Of a stretch of DNA of 64,000 nucleotides, positions 39,539-53,920 are shown in pieces. Each line of letters opens with the position of its first letter. Position 1 is the stretch's first letter. Origin of the DNA: Octopus sinensis (Eukaryota); assembly GCF_006345805.1 (NCBI RefSeq), contig NC_043014.1, forward strand, positions 4,340,001 through 4,404,000. The letters run 5' to 3'. Below the pieces are notes generated by a model, which worked only from the letters and a program-made list of their open reading frames with translations, made no database searches and was not told the origin of the DNA. Made by a program: the position numbers and the translations under genes.

Positions 39539-41386
39539 TATATGTCTGTGTGGAGGTGAAGTGGCCCAGGGTTTAGGGTCGCGGACTCACGGTTGTAGGA
39601 TCGTGATTTCGATTCCCAGACTGGGTGTTGTGTGTGTTTAAAGCTCCACGATCACTGCTGTACTCTTTCGCTATAACTTTCTCCCTTTCTTCTGTTGGCC
39701 TGCTCGCTTAGCCAACGGGATGGCGTCATTTGAAGGCTAAATTAATGCGAAGCGCATTGTGACCAGCGATGTGTAGCAACAACTGATAGCCTGGTCTGTC
39801 ACGGTGATCACGGAGATATATATATGTATCATACGCACACAATACACGCACACACACATACACAAATACATACACACGCACCAGCACAGATGCCCACATA
39901 TACCCTTAATGAACGATACTCATACAGATACGCACACACTTATACACACATGGGCACAGGCACACACGCGCATACGCGTACTTAAGCGCACACGCGCGCA
40001 CATTACTCAAAAACAACTCCAAAAACCCACACACACGGACACACACATACACACACACACACTACAAACAAAACACACACACGATACATATACATACACG
40101 CACACACACACATACATCAAACTAGCAGTACCTACTACTTGACCTGTGGTAGAGACAAAAGGAGCCACGCCAAATTCCTTCTTCCTTGACCTTAACACTA
40201 CTAACCCTACAACACGCAAAGATTAACAGCCACAACCACACACACACACACACGTGTCATCATTGCACACATACACACAGACACACAGACGCACACGCAG
40301 ACCTCCGCGCACGCTCTTATCCACACTTACACACACATTCCTCCTCCTCTACCACTCTCCTGTCTTTGAAAGAACTTTTCTTCACCCAGTTCCTTCCGTC
40401 ATTTAAAATGTGTCCGCGTGTGTACCGTTGGCGATTTTTTTCCCTCTGTCTTCCCTCCTCTGGATCTTTCATTCTCATAAACCTGAAACCCTCCTTCTTT
40501 CCTTCCTCGTCCAATAATACTATATTTGTTCCACGTCCTCGCGTTGTTTTTTGTGCTTTCTTGTATGGATTAAATTTGACTATATATATAAATATGTGTA
40601 TATATATATATGTATATATATATATATGTGTATATATATATATATGTATATATATATATGTGTAGAGATATGTGTGTGTATATATGTGTGTGTGTGTACT
40701 AGCAGACATACCCGGCATTGCTGGGGATTAAAATGGCAAAGTTGGTATATAATGTATTCCAGTCATTTTGAAACAGTTGATATGGGAAAATGCAACATTG
40801 ACAACAAAACAGTTGTAGAGTAAATGCTGGGCTAATTCGACTAAGCAACATGCTATGCGTCCGTTTGGAGTGTTTCATGCCCTCACCTGTCATGCAAAAT
40901 TGGAGGTGGGGTTTGTGTGATTTTTTGAACGCACCGAAATGCTGTCAGTGGATATATTCTCCTTTGCAGCAGTGTGCGCTGTGTCTAACACGACCCATCA
41001 TCGGAAATTTTGACACCACACGTCCTACATCACTCATAGAGCAAATTTGGAGGAACTGTGGTTGTTCATTCGCGGTTACCAGGGAACCAATGAGGGGATA
41101 GACTTGCCCTTGAACTTTGACGTCGGCGTAAATTCATGTTTATCTATCTTCTTAGATTCACCATACGATGTCATTTGAAATGCAGAATTATATTCTCTGA
41201 TATTCTTCAGAAAATCGTTTGACTGGATGGAAGCGCCTTCTAGGCGATTCCTAAGGGGATGAGAAGGTATTGTTGGCAATGATTCCTGCCCGAATATGTT
41301 GTCATCTATTGCATTGTTTTAAGTTCTCAACGATAATAAATACCCTGAAGTTCTATTTATATGATGCTATTTCTATCTTTTCAAAG

Positions 41387-41438
41387 AACCGTTTCATCTC
41401 CAAGAAATCTCTCGACGATAAACCAGATGACACACCAA
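41387..41438 (+). CDS. Copy 3 exon 2a (weaker AAG acceptor; may be skipped)
   Basis: NRFISKKSLDDKPDDTP with a GTAAG donor, but the acceptor reads tcaaAG where copies 1, 2 and 4 have tcacAG. Confidence 0.5.
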
Positions 41439-43516
41439 GTAAGAACTAATTTTATAGCTAAAGTCTCCTTAACCAATGATTTATAATTTCACCAACTTTG
41501 AATTAGTTCCACATTAGTATCCATATGTCCACAATAATATATACTAAGACATTTGCCTGAATTTATTTTAAAATATATTCTACTTTACAAGAATTTCCTA
41601 AATAAAATATTACTCTAATATATTATGCCATTTATTGTGTGTATATGAATATATATGCAGTGCTACGTCAATAATTGTGCCAAGAACTCTTCATCTGAGA
41701 ATCAAATGCCCGAGCTGGCGCTTCACTGCGTTTATATCTACAATTCAGCATTCTGTCCACTCTTGTGCTTCCAATCATTCGTGAATAGAAACCCGAACTA
41801 ATGATGTTCCACTTTCCTACAAAGTCGGTATTTGTCAATCCTGCCTTGGGGTACTCGGCAGCCAACCCATTCAGTGCATGTTGTTGGTGACCATCAGACG
41901 AATCAGGCAGCAGCATGTCGTCTACAAATTACAGTCGACCGATCACGTAGAGATGAATTGGGATACCTCTACCACAGTGGTTGCGCATATTCAACCAGAT
42001 CACAAAAAAGAATGTGAGAAGGGGCACTAACAATGCACACTTCAATTAAGTGAAACCATCACGTTGTAAAATTTCGACTTTTACATAAATACAATCATTT
42101 GAACATCCATATAAGTACATTATGGCAACCAGTTTTTGCCCATTAAACTCACCTTCCTGGTAAACCATCCGGAACATGCCCCAGGGCACATTATTCCGTG
42201 GTTTACAGCGTATAAACCTTAGAAATATTTCAATGTTTGCTGGAAGATCTGTCTTTGAACGACTCTCTGGTTGGGTGTACTGCGTCCCGGACAGTAATCT
42301 TGGGCACGACATTTTCCCTACTTATCGTTTCCTGACATCTAGTGTAGACTTTTCTATAATTAGAACACAATCTTTGGTCTCTGTTTGAGAAAATTGTGAT
42401 TGGCACCCCATATTACCATTGCCTTGGTGTTTTTTCCAGAGGTCCCATCCACATAGCATACATGGGTCACTCAGAGAATACAATCTGTATTTACAGTTTC
42501 TAAAATATGAAGCCGGACGTGCTTTTCACCAGCAGCTTTACCACTTTTAAGTGAGTTTAGCTCAAATAAGCGTTCAACCGAAGAAGAACCTGCCGTAAAA
42601 AATTATACAATCACGAATCCATTTCGATGTCCAAATTCATTCCGGATGGTCACTCTCAATTTGGATGCAAAAGTCTCCACAATTTTGATTCTGATCCCAG
42701 CATCCACTGCGGCTTCCAATTGTATTCTGTAGGTTGCACTGGACTTAACAATTTCTAGTGTTCGGCAGACTGGTGGAATTTTCAGGCTTTCAGACATTTA
42801 GGTAGTGACGAGTTGAAAACTCCACCCCTTCCTTTTACCCGAACGTTCAGCAATGAGTGAAAGATGACCGAAATCTATCAGAAAACTCTGTCACCAAGTA
42901 TCTCTATACCAGGCACCCTTATAAATATCCCTGTCTTAAAATAATATCTATTCCGAAGAGTGAAGAGTGTGTATCCTGCACAGAAGCCTGCTAAGACCTC
43001 TCCATTAAGTTCACTGACGACGTTCCTTCCAATCAATCCTTCTCACGGTTATCAATGCCAAGGTGTGCACTGAAGTCTCCTGGCAGGACAAATGACTTTA
43101 CCCCAAATATATCTAAAGCTGAGGTGAATTTGCTTAGGATCGATTTGTATTTCACCACGCTGTTTGCTGCATATACTTCCAGCAGCCACAGTGGTCCTTC
43201 ATATTCAGCCTTAGTTTCAAGAGGTGAACCCTCACACCTAGTAGGTTTCACTCCATAATACAATCCGAAAGCTGGGGTTTGAGAGTATCCTAATCCCACC
43301 TGTGCAGACATTGTTGGCACCACAGTTGCGTAGTGGAGTTTCAAGCCTATATCCAAGAGTACGCTATCGGAGAAAGGAAATTTTGTAGAGGAGACACCGA
43401 TTATATCTTACAGGCAGATTATATCTAACAATTTTGACGTTTTAATTCTCAATTATTAAAGGTTGTTCCCTTCTTGATCTGCTTTGTTGTCCTGAGACCG
43501 TCAATATTATGCTCCC

Positions 43517-43535
43517 ATCAAAAACGGTAAGTCAT
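43517..43535 (+). pseudogene. Remnant 3' end of exon 1 and its donor site from a deleted paralogue (fusion junction)
   Basis: Intron-2 sequence (tcaatattatgctccca) runs directly into tcaaaaacgGTAAGTcatggattttgtgtt, the exon-1/intron-1 boundary seen at 1611-1640. Confidence 0.85.
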
Positions 43536-43564
43536 GGATTTTGTGTTAAAATATGTATGTCTGT

Positions 43565-44008
43565 ATGCATGTATCTATTTAGGTATGTATGTGTGCGTGT
43601 GTGTAAATATGTGTGTGTGCGTGTGTGTAAATATGTGTGTGTGTATTATGTATGTGTGCTTGTGTGTAAATATGTGTGTGTGCGTGTGTGTAAATATGTG
43701 TGTGTGTATTATGTATGTGTGCGTGTGTGTAAATATGTGTGTGTGCGTGTGTGTAAATATGTGTGTGTGTATTATGTATGTGTGCGTGTGTGTAAATATG
43801 TGTGTGTGCGTGTGTGTAAATATGTGTGTGTGTATTATGTATGTGTGCGTGTGTGTAAATATGTGTGTGTGAGTGTGTGTAAATATGTGTGTATGTATTG
43901 TGTATGTGTGCGTGTGTGTAAATATGTGTGTGTGTATGGATTGATAGATTTGCGGATAGACAGACAGAGAGACAGATAGATAGATAGGTAGGTAGATAGA
44001 CAGACAAT

Positions 44009-44073
<65 letters not shown>

Positions 44074-44087
44074 GGATTACATAGATG

Positions 44088-44161
<74 letters not shown>

Positions 44162-44170
44162 CAGCAGACC

Positions 44171-44249
<79 letters not shown>

Positions 44250-44302
44250 TAGATAGATGGATAGATAGAAAGATAGATATATATAGAGATAGATACCTAG
44301 AG

Positions 44303-44384
<82 letters not shown>

Positions 44385-44457
44385 GTAGATTGGTAGATAG
44401 GTAGATAGATAGATAGTGAGAGAGAGATAGACAGACAGACAGACACACAGACAGATG

Positions 44458-44532
<75 letters not shown>

Positions 44533-44535
44533 TGA
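43565..44535. repeat. 63-bp higher-order GT-derived minisatellite followed by a long (GATA)n tract
   Basis: A 21-codon period ([21 protein letters not shown]) is visible in the ORF track for 43570-43935. (GATA)n spans about 43940-44535. Confidence 0.9.
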
Positions 44536-44544
44536 TATAGAAAT

Positions 44545-45110
44545 ACCTGTCCAGAAATTTATTGCCGATATATGGTTGCTTAAATTTCGACTTATTTTAG
44601 AACATGGTTGAGTTCATAAAATAGAATTTAACTCCACCTCCATTTAGAGCGCAGTTTAAGCTATCTTTTCGTGTAAGAAGGTTTATGTTCCTATAACCGG
44701 TGTTAATTTTGTAACACTTGAAAAGGCAAGATAAGAAAGTTCATTTTCGGCACTTGATGCTTTGGGAACCAGACAAAAATTGCTGCAGCTCGCCTGGCAT
44801 GTGTTACTCCATCCCTCCATATTCACTAGATATTGCACCTTCGGATTTCCACATATTCAGGCCTCTGCAGAATAGACTTAATGGTAAAAATTTCAATTCC
44901 TTGAATGACGTAAAAAGATACCTCGATGAATTCTTTGCCATGAAACCACCGCAATTATGAAATGAGGGTATTTTCAAGTTAAAGGAAAGATGAAGAAGCA
45001 TAGTGCAACAAAATGGTTCATATTTGGTTGTTTAAAAATGCAATGGCAAGTATTTATTGGCCCTTTATTTTCCTTTAAAAATCGGCACGAACTTTCTCGG
45101 CAACCCAATA
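44545..45110 (+). mobile_element. Internally deleted mariner element
   Basis: KKVHFRHLMLWE (N-terminus) joined to PPYSLDIAPSDFHIFRPLQNRLNGKNF (YSPDLAPSD motif). Right TIR cggcacgaactttctcggcaacccaata followed by TA. Left TIR degenerate. Confidence 0.85.
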
Positions 45111-45922
45111 TAAATATCTGTATACATACATATATATATATAATTTTTATACACTTCCATTTATACATCTACATATACACACTATATTTAAGGAGTGAAT
45201 AACCAGTTTATATAGCACCCGTGTACAAAATATCTAATCCTCATCCCTTTCGTATGCAGTCAATTTATAACCTACTATATATGTTCCCAAACATTTTTCT
45301 TACAAACTTTTGTGATATTCCATTGAATGCCAAATGATATATTGACCTTCGAGATTCAATCCGGAATATTATTCGCCAGTGCTAGAAATGCCCGACACTT
45401 CAGTGATCATGATGGATAACTATACTAAACCAATATCAAGGCAATAGAGCTTTTACATCAATTCAAACTACTTCTAAATATTGCATCCTATTGCCTTGAC
45501 AGTTTCTCCAAAGGACGCAGTGGAAAAGTTCTACTGCGGATTAGGACGCCGTACATAAAAGGTTGGCCTCGGGCTTTCTTGTACGTCAGCAGAATGCGCA
45601 AGTCTACGTTTCTAGTAATCTTCAAACTACCAGCGATTTTAGATAGCAAAATTAGTCTACTCTTGACAATGAACAGGGATATTAGCTGTTTATGTAATGT
45701 GTATGCTTTGCCATATACAAGCATGAAATAATGAAATACCAGATTCACAGAAAGGCATGCAGTTGCAGCAAATCTCCAAGACGTAACACGATATAATAGA
45801 TTTGGTGGAATGGACAATGTCGACGTCACCCACATCTTCATAAAATGCTGTCCGAAAATGTCGTCATATATTGCATTCTTTTCAGTTCTAAACGATAATA
45901 AATAATCTCTCTTTTTCCACAG

Positions 45923-45974
45923 AACCGTGTCATCTCCAAGAAATCTTGTGACGATAAACCTGATGACACCCCAA
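45923..45974 (+). CDS. Copy 3 exon 2b from the fused downstream paralogue (NRVISKKSCDDKPDDTP)
   Basis: ctttttccacAG acceptor, 52 nt, GTAAG donor. Two residue changes, including L to C. Confidence 0.7.
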
Positions 45975-48691
45975 GTAAGAACTAATGTTATATTGTATTA
46001 GACAATAACTTTGAAGAAATGTTCAGGAATGAGATTAAATATTATAAAGTATCCAGCTTCCAGTTCTACAGTGTTTAGCTAAAGTCATTCACCCGTGTCT
46101 CCTTATCGATTTATAATTTCACCAAAGTTGAATTGAATCTACATCACTATCCATATTTCTTCAGTAATATATACTAAGACACTAGTCTAAATTTCTTTTA
46201 AAATACATTTTTCTTTACAATAATTTCCTTAATAAAATTTTACTCTTTTATACTATGACATTAATTGTGTGTATATGAGTGTGTGTGTGTGTGTATGCAG
46301 CGCTTCGTCGATAAGTGTACCAACCATTGTTCGTCTGAGAATCGAATGCCCGACCTAGCGCATCAATGCGTTTATATCTAGAATCTAGCAATCTGTTCAG
46401 TCTTGTGCTTCCAATCACTCGTGAATAGATTCCCGAAGTAACGATGTTCCACTTTCCTGCAGAGTGTGTGTTAGTCATCCCTGCCTTGGAGCACTCGGCA
46501 GCCAACCCATTCAATGCATGTCGAAAGTGAACATGACATGAGTCAGATAGCAGCATGTCGTCTGCAAATAGCAGTCGACCGATTCCTTACAGACGAAATG
46601 AGATACTTCTTCTAAAATGGCTGAGCCTTGCTCAACCAGATCATAAGAAATGTGAGAAGAAGCACTAACAATGCGCTCTTCTATTGAAGTCCAAACTCCA
46701 TGTTGAAAACATTCGGCTTTTGCACAAATACAAACATTTGGATATCCGTACGAGTATTTTACGGTAAAAAGTATTTGCCCAATAATCTCACCTTCCTGGT
46801 AAACCATCCGCAACATGCCCCACGGCACGTGGTCTACAGCGTATTCCCCTTGGAAATATTTCAACGTTTTCTCGACGATCTGCCTTTGAACGAATCTCTG
46901 GTCGGGTGTACTGTATCCAGGACAGTAGTCCTGGACGCGACAATTTCCCAACGTAACTTTTCTAGACACGTAGTGTAGACTTTGTCTTAAAAAAATCTGC
47001 GATTATTACCCCGGATTGACATTGCCCTCGTGTTTTCCCTGATGCCCCATTCCACCTAGCATACATGGGTCACTCAAGGAATACCATGTTTATTTAAGGG
47101 TTTTAAATTATCAAGACGAACGTATTTCTCTCCAGCAGCCTTATCACTTTTCAGTGACTTTAGTTCGACAAAAATAATACAATCACTAATCGATTTCGAT
47201 GCCCAAGTTTATTCATGTGGGTCTCTCTCAATTTGGATGCAATATTATCCACAACTTTGTTTCTTATTCCATCATCCACAACTACTTTCAACTTTATTCT
47301 GTAGGTCGCACTGGACTTACCAATTTACTAGGTTCTCCCAACTGTAGGCATCTTCCGGTTTCAGACATCTTGGTAGTGGTCAGTTGACAACTCTCCCCAC
47401 TACTTATAGCCCGAACGTCCAGCACAGACTCAAAGAGGACTGAGACGAGAACAACATCTATCGAGAACCTCTGTCACTAAGCATTTCTATTCTAAGTACC
47501 CTTATAAACAACCGTCTTAAAACGATATCTATATCATAGAGAGTCCAGAAGACTAGTATGGCCACCACATTAAGGTGTGTGACGCCATTCCACCCAATCA
47601 ATACTTCTTGCGGTTATCAGCGCCAAAGTGTGCACGGAAGTCTCCTTGTAAGACAAATGACTTTACCCCAAATATATCCGAAGCTGCAGTGACTTTGTTA
47701 AGGAATCATTTGTATTTGCCCTCGCTATTGGGTGCATTTACTTCCAGCAGCTACATCACTCCTTCCTTCTGCTTGAGCTTCAGGAGGTATCCCTTAATAC
47801 CTAGTGGGATTCACTTCATAATCTAGTCCGAAAGCCAGGGATTGTGAGCATCCCACTTCCGCCTGTGCAGACATAGTTGGCACCACACCTGCACGGTGGA
47901 GTTTCCAACCTAATTCCAACTGTGCGCCACCGAAGCAATGAAGCTTTCTTGAGGAGACTGATTATATATAACAGGCAACGTTTTGTCTCGTCCGGTTTTG
48001 ACAGTCAAATTCTCAATTATGAACGGATGATCCCTTCTGGACCGGCTTCGGTGACATGGAACACACATATTTTGTTTTCCCTTCCCATGCATCCCAATTT
48101 GAGTTGGGTGGAGACTGAAAAATATTTCCCAAATGGACTCCTTCATCCAAGATCCGGACGCAAATGCTGTTATCCCTCTCCATGAATGACGCGTTATGGC
48201 TATTCCTTCGAGCCCTTTGCATATTGTAGCTATGATGGCCTGATTCGCGCCAAGCACCAACCTGATATTTGTAATTGACCAATCCAGTACCAAGAATTGA
48301 TAATATGGCTACATATCTAAAAAAGACTTTATCATTATTACGGTCACAAATATATATATATACTCACATCCAAGTTCACCTACAAAACAAACATCCGTTC
48401 ATAAGGGAGACAAATACACATTCTGATATTCTGAGATTAATCTCTCAATTCGTTGACATCAACGTCAACAACAGGCTCAATAGACAAATGACTTATTTTC
48501 TTCGTTTAAAATTTATTCTTAGCGAATCATTTACTTCTTTCATTCTGATTTTCATTCATTCACTCATTCTTTTTCTCTTAAATTCTAAATGTCTCTCCTC
48601 TCTATCAATTCCTTCCAAGCCAACAACTTCCTTTGTATAGGATTCAAGAATTCTTTCTTTTAAACTAAATTGTTTCATTTTAATTTCACAG

Positions 48692-48766
48692 AACCCGGTC
48701 TCGGATCATTGTATACCCGGTGGGGCAGAACTACTTGTCCTCCTTATTCAAACCTTGTATATGACG
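48692..48766 (+). CDS. Copy 3 exon 3
   Basis: ttcacAG acceptor, KPGLGSLYTRWGRTTCPPYSNLVYDG, GTTAGT donor. Confidence 0.88.
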
Positions 48767-50173
48767 GTTAGTATAAACTATACTTCTGTTCTCTCTTTCT
48801 CTCTTTATCTTTCTCTTCTTCTCTTTTATTCCTTCATTTTCTCTTTCTGTCGTCTCTCTCCCTCCCCGTCTCTCTCACGCACACGCCCACACACTCAAGC
48901 AAATCATTTGATGACATATCATGTTTGAAACGATACCTATAGACCCTATAGAGTCTGCACAAGACTGCTTACTCCTTTGTAGGTATTTGGTCAAATCAGA
49001 ATTTTAAATGTTGTCTACTACGGACCAAGTGAAAAGGCGGTTGTCTAACTACAGAATATAGATATCTCTACGTTAAGTTATAGATAGGACGAGACGGGAA
49101 TCCAGTATAGCGATCAAGGACTCCTGGCTGACTTGTATGGAGTGTAGATATCAAATACCGAGGCTGCTGACCGGTGATCAAGTGTAATGGCTACGGATGG
49201 TGGTATTGTACGTGAGTGACATGAGCTGAAAAGTGGCCACTTGACTATCTTTAACTAGAGAGCCCAATGATCGTAGGTGTGGGCTAAATTGAAAAGAGTC
49301 TATTAGAATAGATGACAGTGACTGTAAATGGTTAATGGAATGAAAGCACAATGTAGAATGAGGACTGGACAAGCCACATACTGTAACTGATGGAAAAAGC
49401 TAAGGACTGTATTCATTAAGTAAAATATAGAGAGACTAAATATTAGTGAGAGAACACAACAGAGTACAGAATGCACTTCTATTCTTCTCCGCCTCACCGA
49501 AATCGTCTTATCGCTAAAATCTTGCTCTTTTCATGCACCACATCACCTCATTAATTATCCAGTATATCTTTGTAAGGTAATTCCGAAATTTCCAATTCAA
49601 AACTGCTGCTACAAACCTCTTCCCCAATCAACCTCACAATCCCTAAAAGTGCTCCGAATCTTCTCTCTATAAACCCTACACGTATCCTTTATCGGTCGCC
49701 CACTCCGCCGTCCATTCATCTTTAGAACTACGCCATCACTGAACCTCACAATTTTTCCTCCCACCTCGTTTCTGAGTATTGCATGAAAAAAAGTCTGTGT
49801 GATCATAACGTCTATGTAAGCCTGATTCGTCCGAGTCTAAACGAGAGGTTTAGCCACTGACTCTCGTTTGATCGACTAAACAACATTTCCTCGACGGTTA
49901 CCCACCACTTCTCTGCATCTCGTCGTCTCCCGTATTGTCCTACACAAACCTCCTACAATTTCCACAACCCAAAATATCCCCGTTCACACGTTAACATCGT
50001 TTCTATTTTGGATAAACACGAGTGCATGCGTTATAAAATATCTTTCTTTTTCTCCATCTGTTGACATCCACCGAAAGACACCTACCCCATGCAAACATAC
50101 ATAATAATCCACGTCGTAACCACAAATAGGTACCCGTATACACACAACATATATATACATATATATATTTATA

Positions 50174-50583
50174 GGCGCAGGAGTGGCTGTGTAGTAAGTA
50201 GCTTGCTTACCAACCACATGGTTCCGGGTTCAGTCCCACTGCGTGGCATCTTGGGCACGTGTCTTCTGCTATAACCTCGGGCCGACCAATGCCATGTGAG
50301 TGGATTTGGTAGACGGAAACTGAAAGAAGCCTGTCGAATACATATATATATATATATTTGTATGTGTGTGTATATGTTTGTGTGTCTGTGTTTGTCCCCC
50401 CACCATCGCTTGACAAAAAATGCTGGTGTGTTTATGTCCTCGTCACATAGCGGTTCGGCAAATAGAGGTCGATAGAATAAGTACTGGGCTTACAAATAAT
50501 AAGTCCCGGGGTCGATATGCTCGACTGAAGGCGGTGCTCCAGCATAGCCGCTGTCAAATGACGGAAACAAGTAAAAGAAAAAA
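50174..50583 (+). mobile_element. tRNA-derived SINE family B, full length (minus-strand copy about 18130-18545; partial copies about 2100-2295, 37125-37320, 55485-55675)
   Basis: Head ggcgcaggagtggctgtgtagtaag...ggttcagtcccactgcgtggca (A and B boxes), internal TA/TG repeat, 3' ccagcatagccgctgtcaaatgacggaaacaagtaaaaga. Confidence 0.8.
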
Positions 50584-50838
50584 AAGAGTATATGTATATA
50601 TATATATATATATATATGTATACATGTGATGAGAAAGCAAATGCACAGCTACGATCTGAAGCATTCAGCATCACACAGTTTACACTCACATAAACACTAA
50701 CATATATACACCACAATTCGTTGACACGTGAGTAAACATGACTTCTTTCAAGTGAAAAATTGTAATGAATGTTTCCGTTATTTCATATATAATTTTGCTT
50801 AACATCTTTTTAACTTGATTTATTCTTACCAATTCTAG

Positions 50839-51338
50839 GTGTCGTTGGTGGACAACATTATTCCCATAATGGTGGCGGAAGTAATCTATTATGTCTACCC
50901 AACGATCCCATTTGGGCCAATTATACTACAAAAGTTGAAGCAGGTGGTCACATTTATGGCAGTGAATATCAACTACAGGATTACCCAACTCATAAACTCT
51001 TTTCTTTTGCTAACGCTGAATCAATTCATGATCACAACGTTCCGTGCGCTGTCTGTTTGACACGACAACCTGCTGTTGTTATGATGTTACCAGCCAGGAC
51101 ACAGTGTTACGATGGTTGGACAGCTGAGTATTCGGGATATTTGATGACCGCACATAATATTGACAAGGGCAGACAAGAATTTGTGTGTGTGGACTATGCA
51201 CCAGAAGCTGATCCAGCAGGTTACAGAAACGAAGATGGAGCTGTTTTATATTTCGTTCAGGCTGCTTGTGGTTCATTGCCATGTCCACCGTATGTCAATG
51301 GTCGAGAATTAACCTGCGTTGTGTGCAGTAAATATTGA
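50839..51338 (+). CDS. Copy 3 exon 4 (C4/NC1-like domain, one codon longer than copies 1 and 2)
   Basis: ttctAG acceptor. Hand translation GVVGGQHYSHNGGGSNLLCLP...EYQLQDYPTHKLF...CVVCSKY* is open throughout. The ORF track shows only its 3' half. Confidence 0.9.
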
Positions 51339-53889
51339 ATAGAAATTAAATTCGGTTCCATATGAAAATATGTCTGTGAATTAAAAGAAATAATATAAAA
51401 TTTTAATTGTTTTACCTAATATTTTCTTTAAAGTATGTCTATCGTTACAATAAACTGTTGTACTAGTTTACAGAAGATATTCAAACAATACAAAAGAGGC
51501 GACGTAGAATGCCAGAAATATCCTCAAACACAAGAAAAATATAAATCTGTCGAATTATTCTAGAAAACATTTTGTAAGATTTCAGTTTATCAAACTTATC
51601 GTTGAAATAAAATGTTATTTTGTTTAACAGTATTTTGTCTTCTGTCTCATGATTCAACAAACCCCAAATAAAGTACCACCATAGAATTATATGAGCTTTT
51701 CATGCACAGCCTTAGAAAATCTAATACTCGACGCTACTATCTCAGACATCTTGGTTTTCAAATTACAAATCGGATTCTGACAAGGAGCCATGAACCGCTA
51801 CATTACTTAGCACGGAACTTAACTGATTCTTTCAACAACAACCAGATACTTCCACACAATCCATTCTATTTGCCGTTATTAATCAGGAAAGCTTCCAGTT
51901 CCTTTCATACCCAATATCTTATAAAACCTATTTATCGTCTACTTTAGAAATATCACAAAATGTTCAATTTAAGCTTTCTGAGAATGTGGAATTTACACGA
52001 TCAATCCTTCAAAAGACAGTATAAATGAGTATTGGTCCTGCCAACCTAAATCTATATCATAAAATTCCCACCTCTCTTCAAAATAAGATACAAAACGAAA
52101 CTCGATGCACACAACATACACATCATATACTAAACGCTGATATACAAGAATAAGAAAGGAAATCAACCAGAAAAATTGCCTCATTTCAGCGACAGAGATC
52201 ATCAAATACGACGATTTCTTTCACTCATCTACGTAAACATACCAGACTCGAAGAAAGGACTCCTAGACTTTGTTAGGGCTTCCTTCTAGGAGAGGGTAAC
52301 TCAGGTAACTGGGATAACTCCGACATAAAACCTGCGGCTCAGTGGTTACCGATGATGTTGACTTGTTCTTCTTTTCGGATTATGGCTGCTGTTGATTAGT
52401 GACTGGGATTGACTCAGTGCACAGCCTTTCCTTGCTTTAAAAAAATCTTCATGCACAGGCATTGCACGATAACAACATTGATTAAGCACCGAGCAATGGT
52501 CATGCTCGATAATGAGGGGGCAGCCACCAAGTATGAATGTATGTATGTATGTATGTATATATGGATGTGAGTATGTATGTATATATGTATGTATGTATGT
52601 GTATATATGTCTATCGATATATACATGCTTACATTCATACCTACATGCGTGCATACATGTGTGCATACATACATGTAAGTATACATATATGCATGCATGT
52701 ATGTACGTATGTATGAAAGTATGTATGTATGTATGTATGTATGTGTGTGTGTATGTATGTATGTTTGTATGTATGTATGTGTGTATGTATGTACATATGT
52801 GTGTGTGTATGTATGTGTATATGTATGTATGGGGGTATGTATGTATGTATGTATATATGTAAGCATGTGTGTATGTATGTGTTTACGTAAGTATGTGTGT
52901 ATGTAAGAGTCTATGTATGTATATATGTATGTATGGGAGTATGTATGTGTGTATGTATATATGTAAGTATGTGTGTATGTATGTATGTGTGTATGTATGT
53001 ATGTATGTTTGTATGTATGTGTGTATGTATGTGTGTATGTATGTATATATGTGTATGTATGTATATATGTATGGGGGTATGTATGTATGTATGTATGTAT
53101 GTATGTATGTATGTATGTACGTGTGAATGTATGTAGGTATCAATGTATGTGTGTATGTATCTATATATGTATGTATGGGTGTATGTATGTATGTATATAT
53201 GTATGTATGTATCTGAGTGTATATGAATGCATGTATGTATGTATGTATAGGGGAATGTATGTATATATATATGTAAGTATGTGTGTATGTATGTGTGTGT
53301 GTATGTATGTATGTATGTTTGTATGTATGTATGTGTGTATGTATGTATGTATGTATATATGTGTGTGTGTATGTATTTATGGGTGTATATATGTATGTAT
53401 GTGTGTATGTAAGTATGTGTGTATATATGTGTGTATGTATGAGTGTACGTATGTATATATGAATGTATGGGGGTATGTATGTATGTATGTATATACGTAT
53501 GTACGTACGTGAGTGTGTATGTATGCATGTATGTATGTATTGGGGTATGTATGTATGTAGGTATATATGTAAGTATCTGTGTATGTATGTATGTATGTGT
53601 GTATGTATGTGTGCATGTATATATGTATGTATGTTTGTAAGTATACCTATATGTATGTATGCATGTATGTATGTGTGCATGTATGTATATATATGGGTGG
53701 GTGGGAATTGGTAGGTTTTGATTTTGATATTCCCATAAAACTTTTCTAATCCGATTAACGCTTGTTGTGAAGAATCCAATCCGAACATTAGACTTCATTA
53801 GATTAAGTCTTGCGATTACTGTGTGGGTTGAGCGAAATACTTCCCACGCTGAATATTAAAACAGTGTGTGAGTGTGTGTGTGTGTGTGT

Positions 53890-53920
<31 letters not shown>

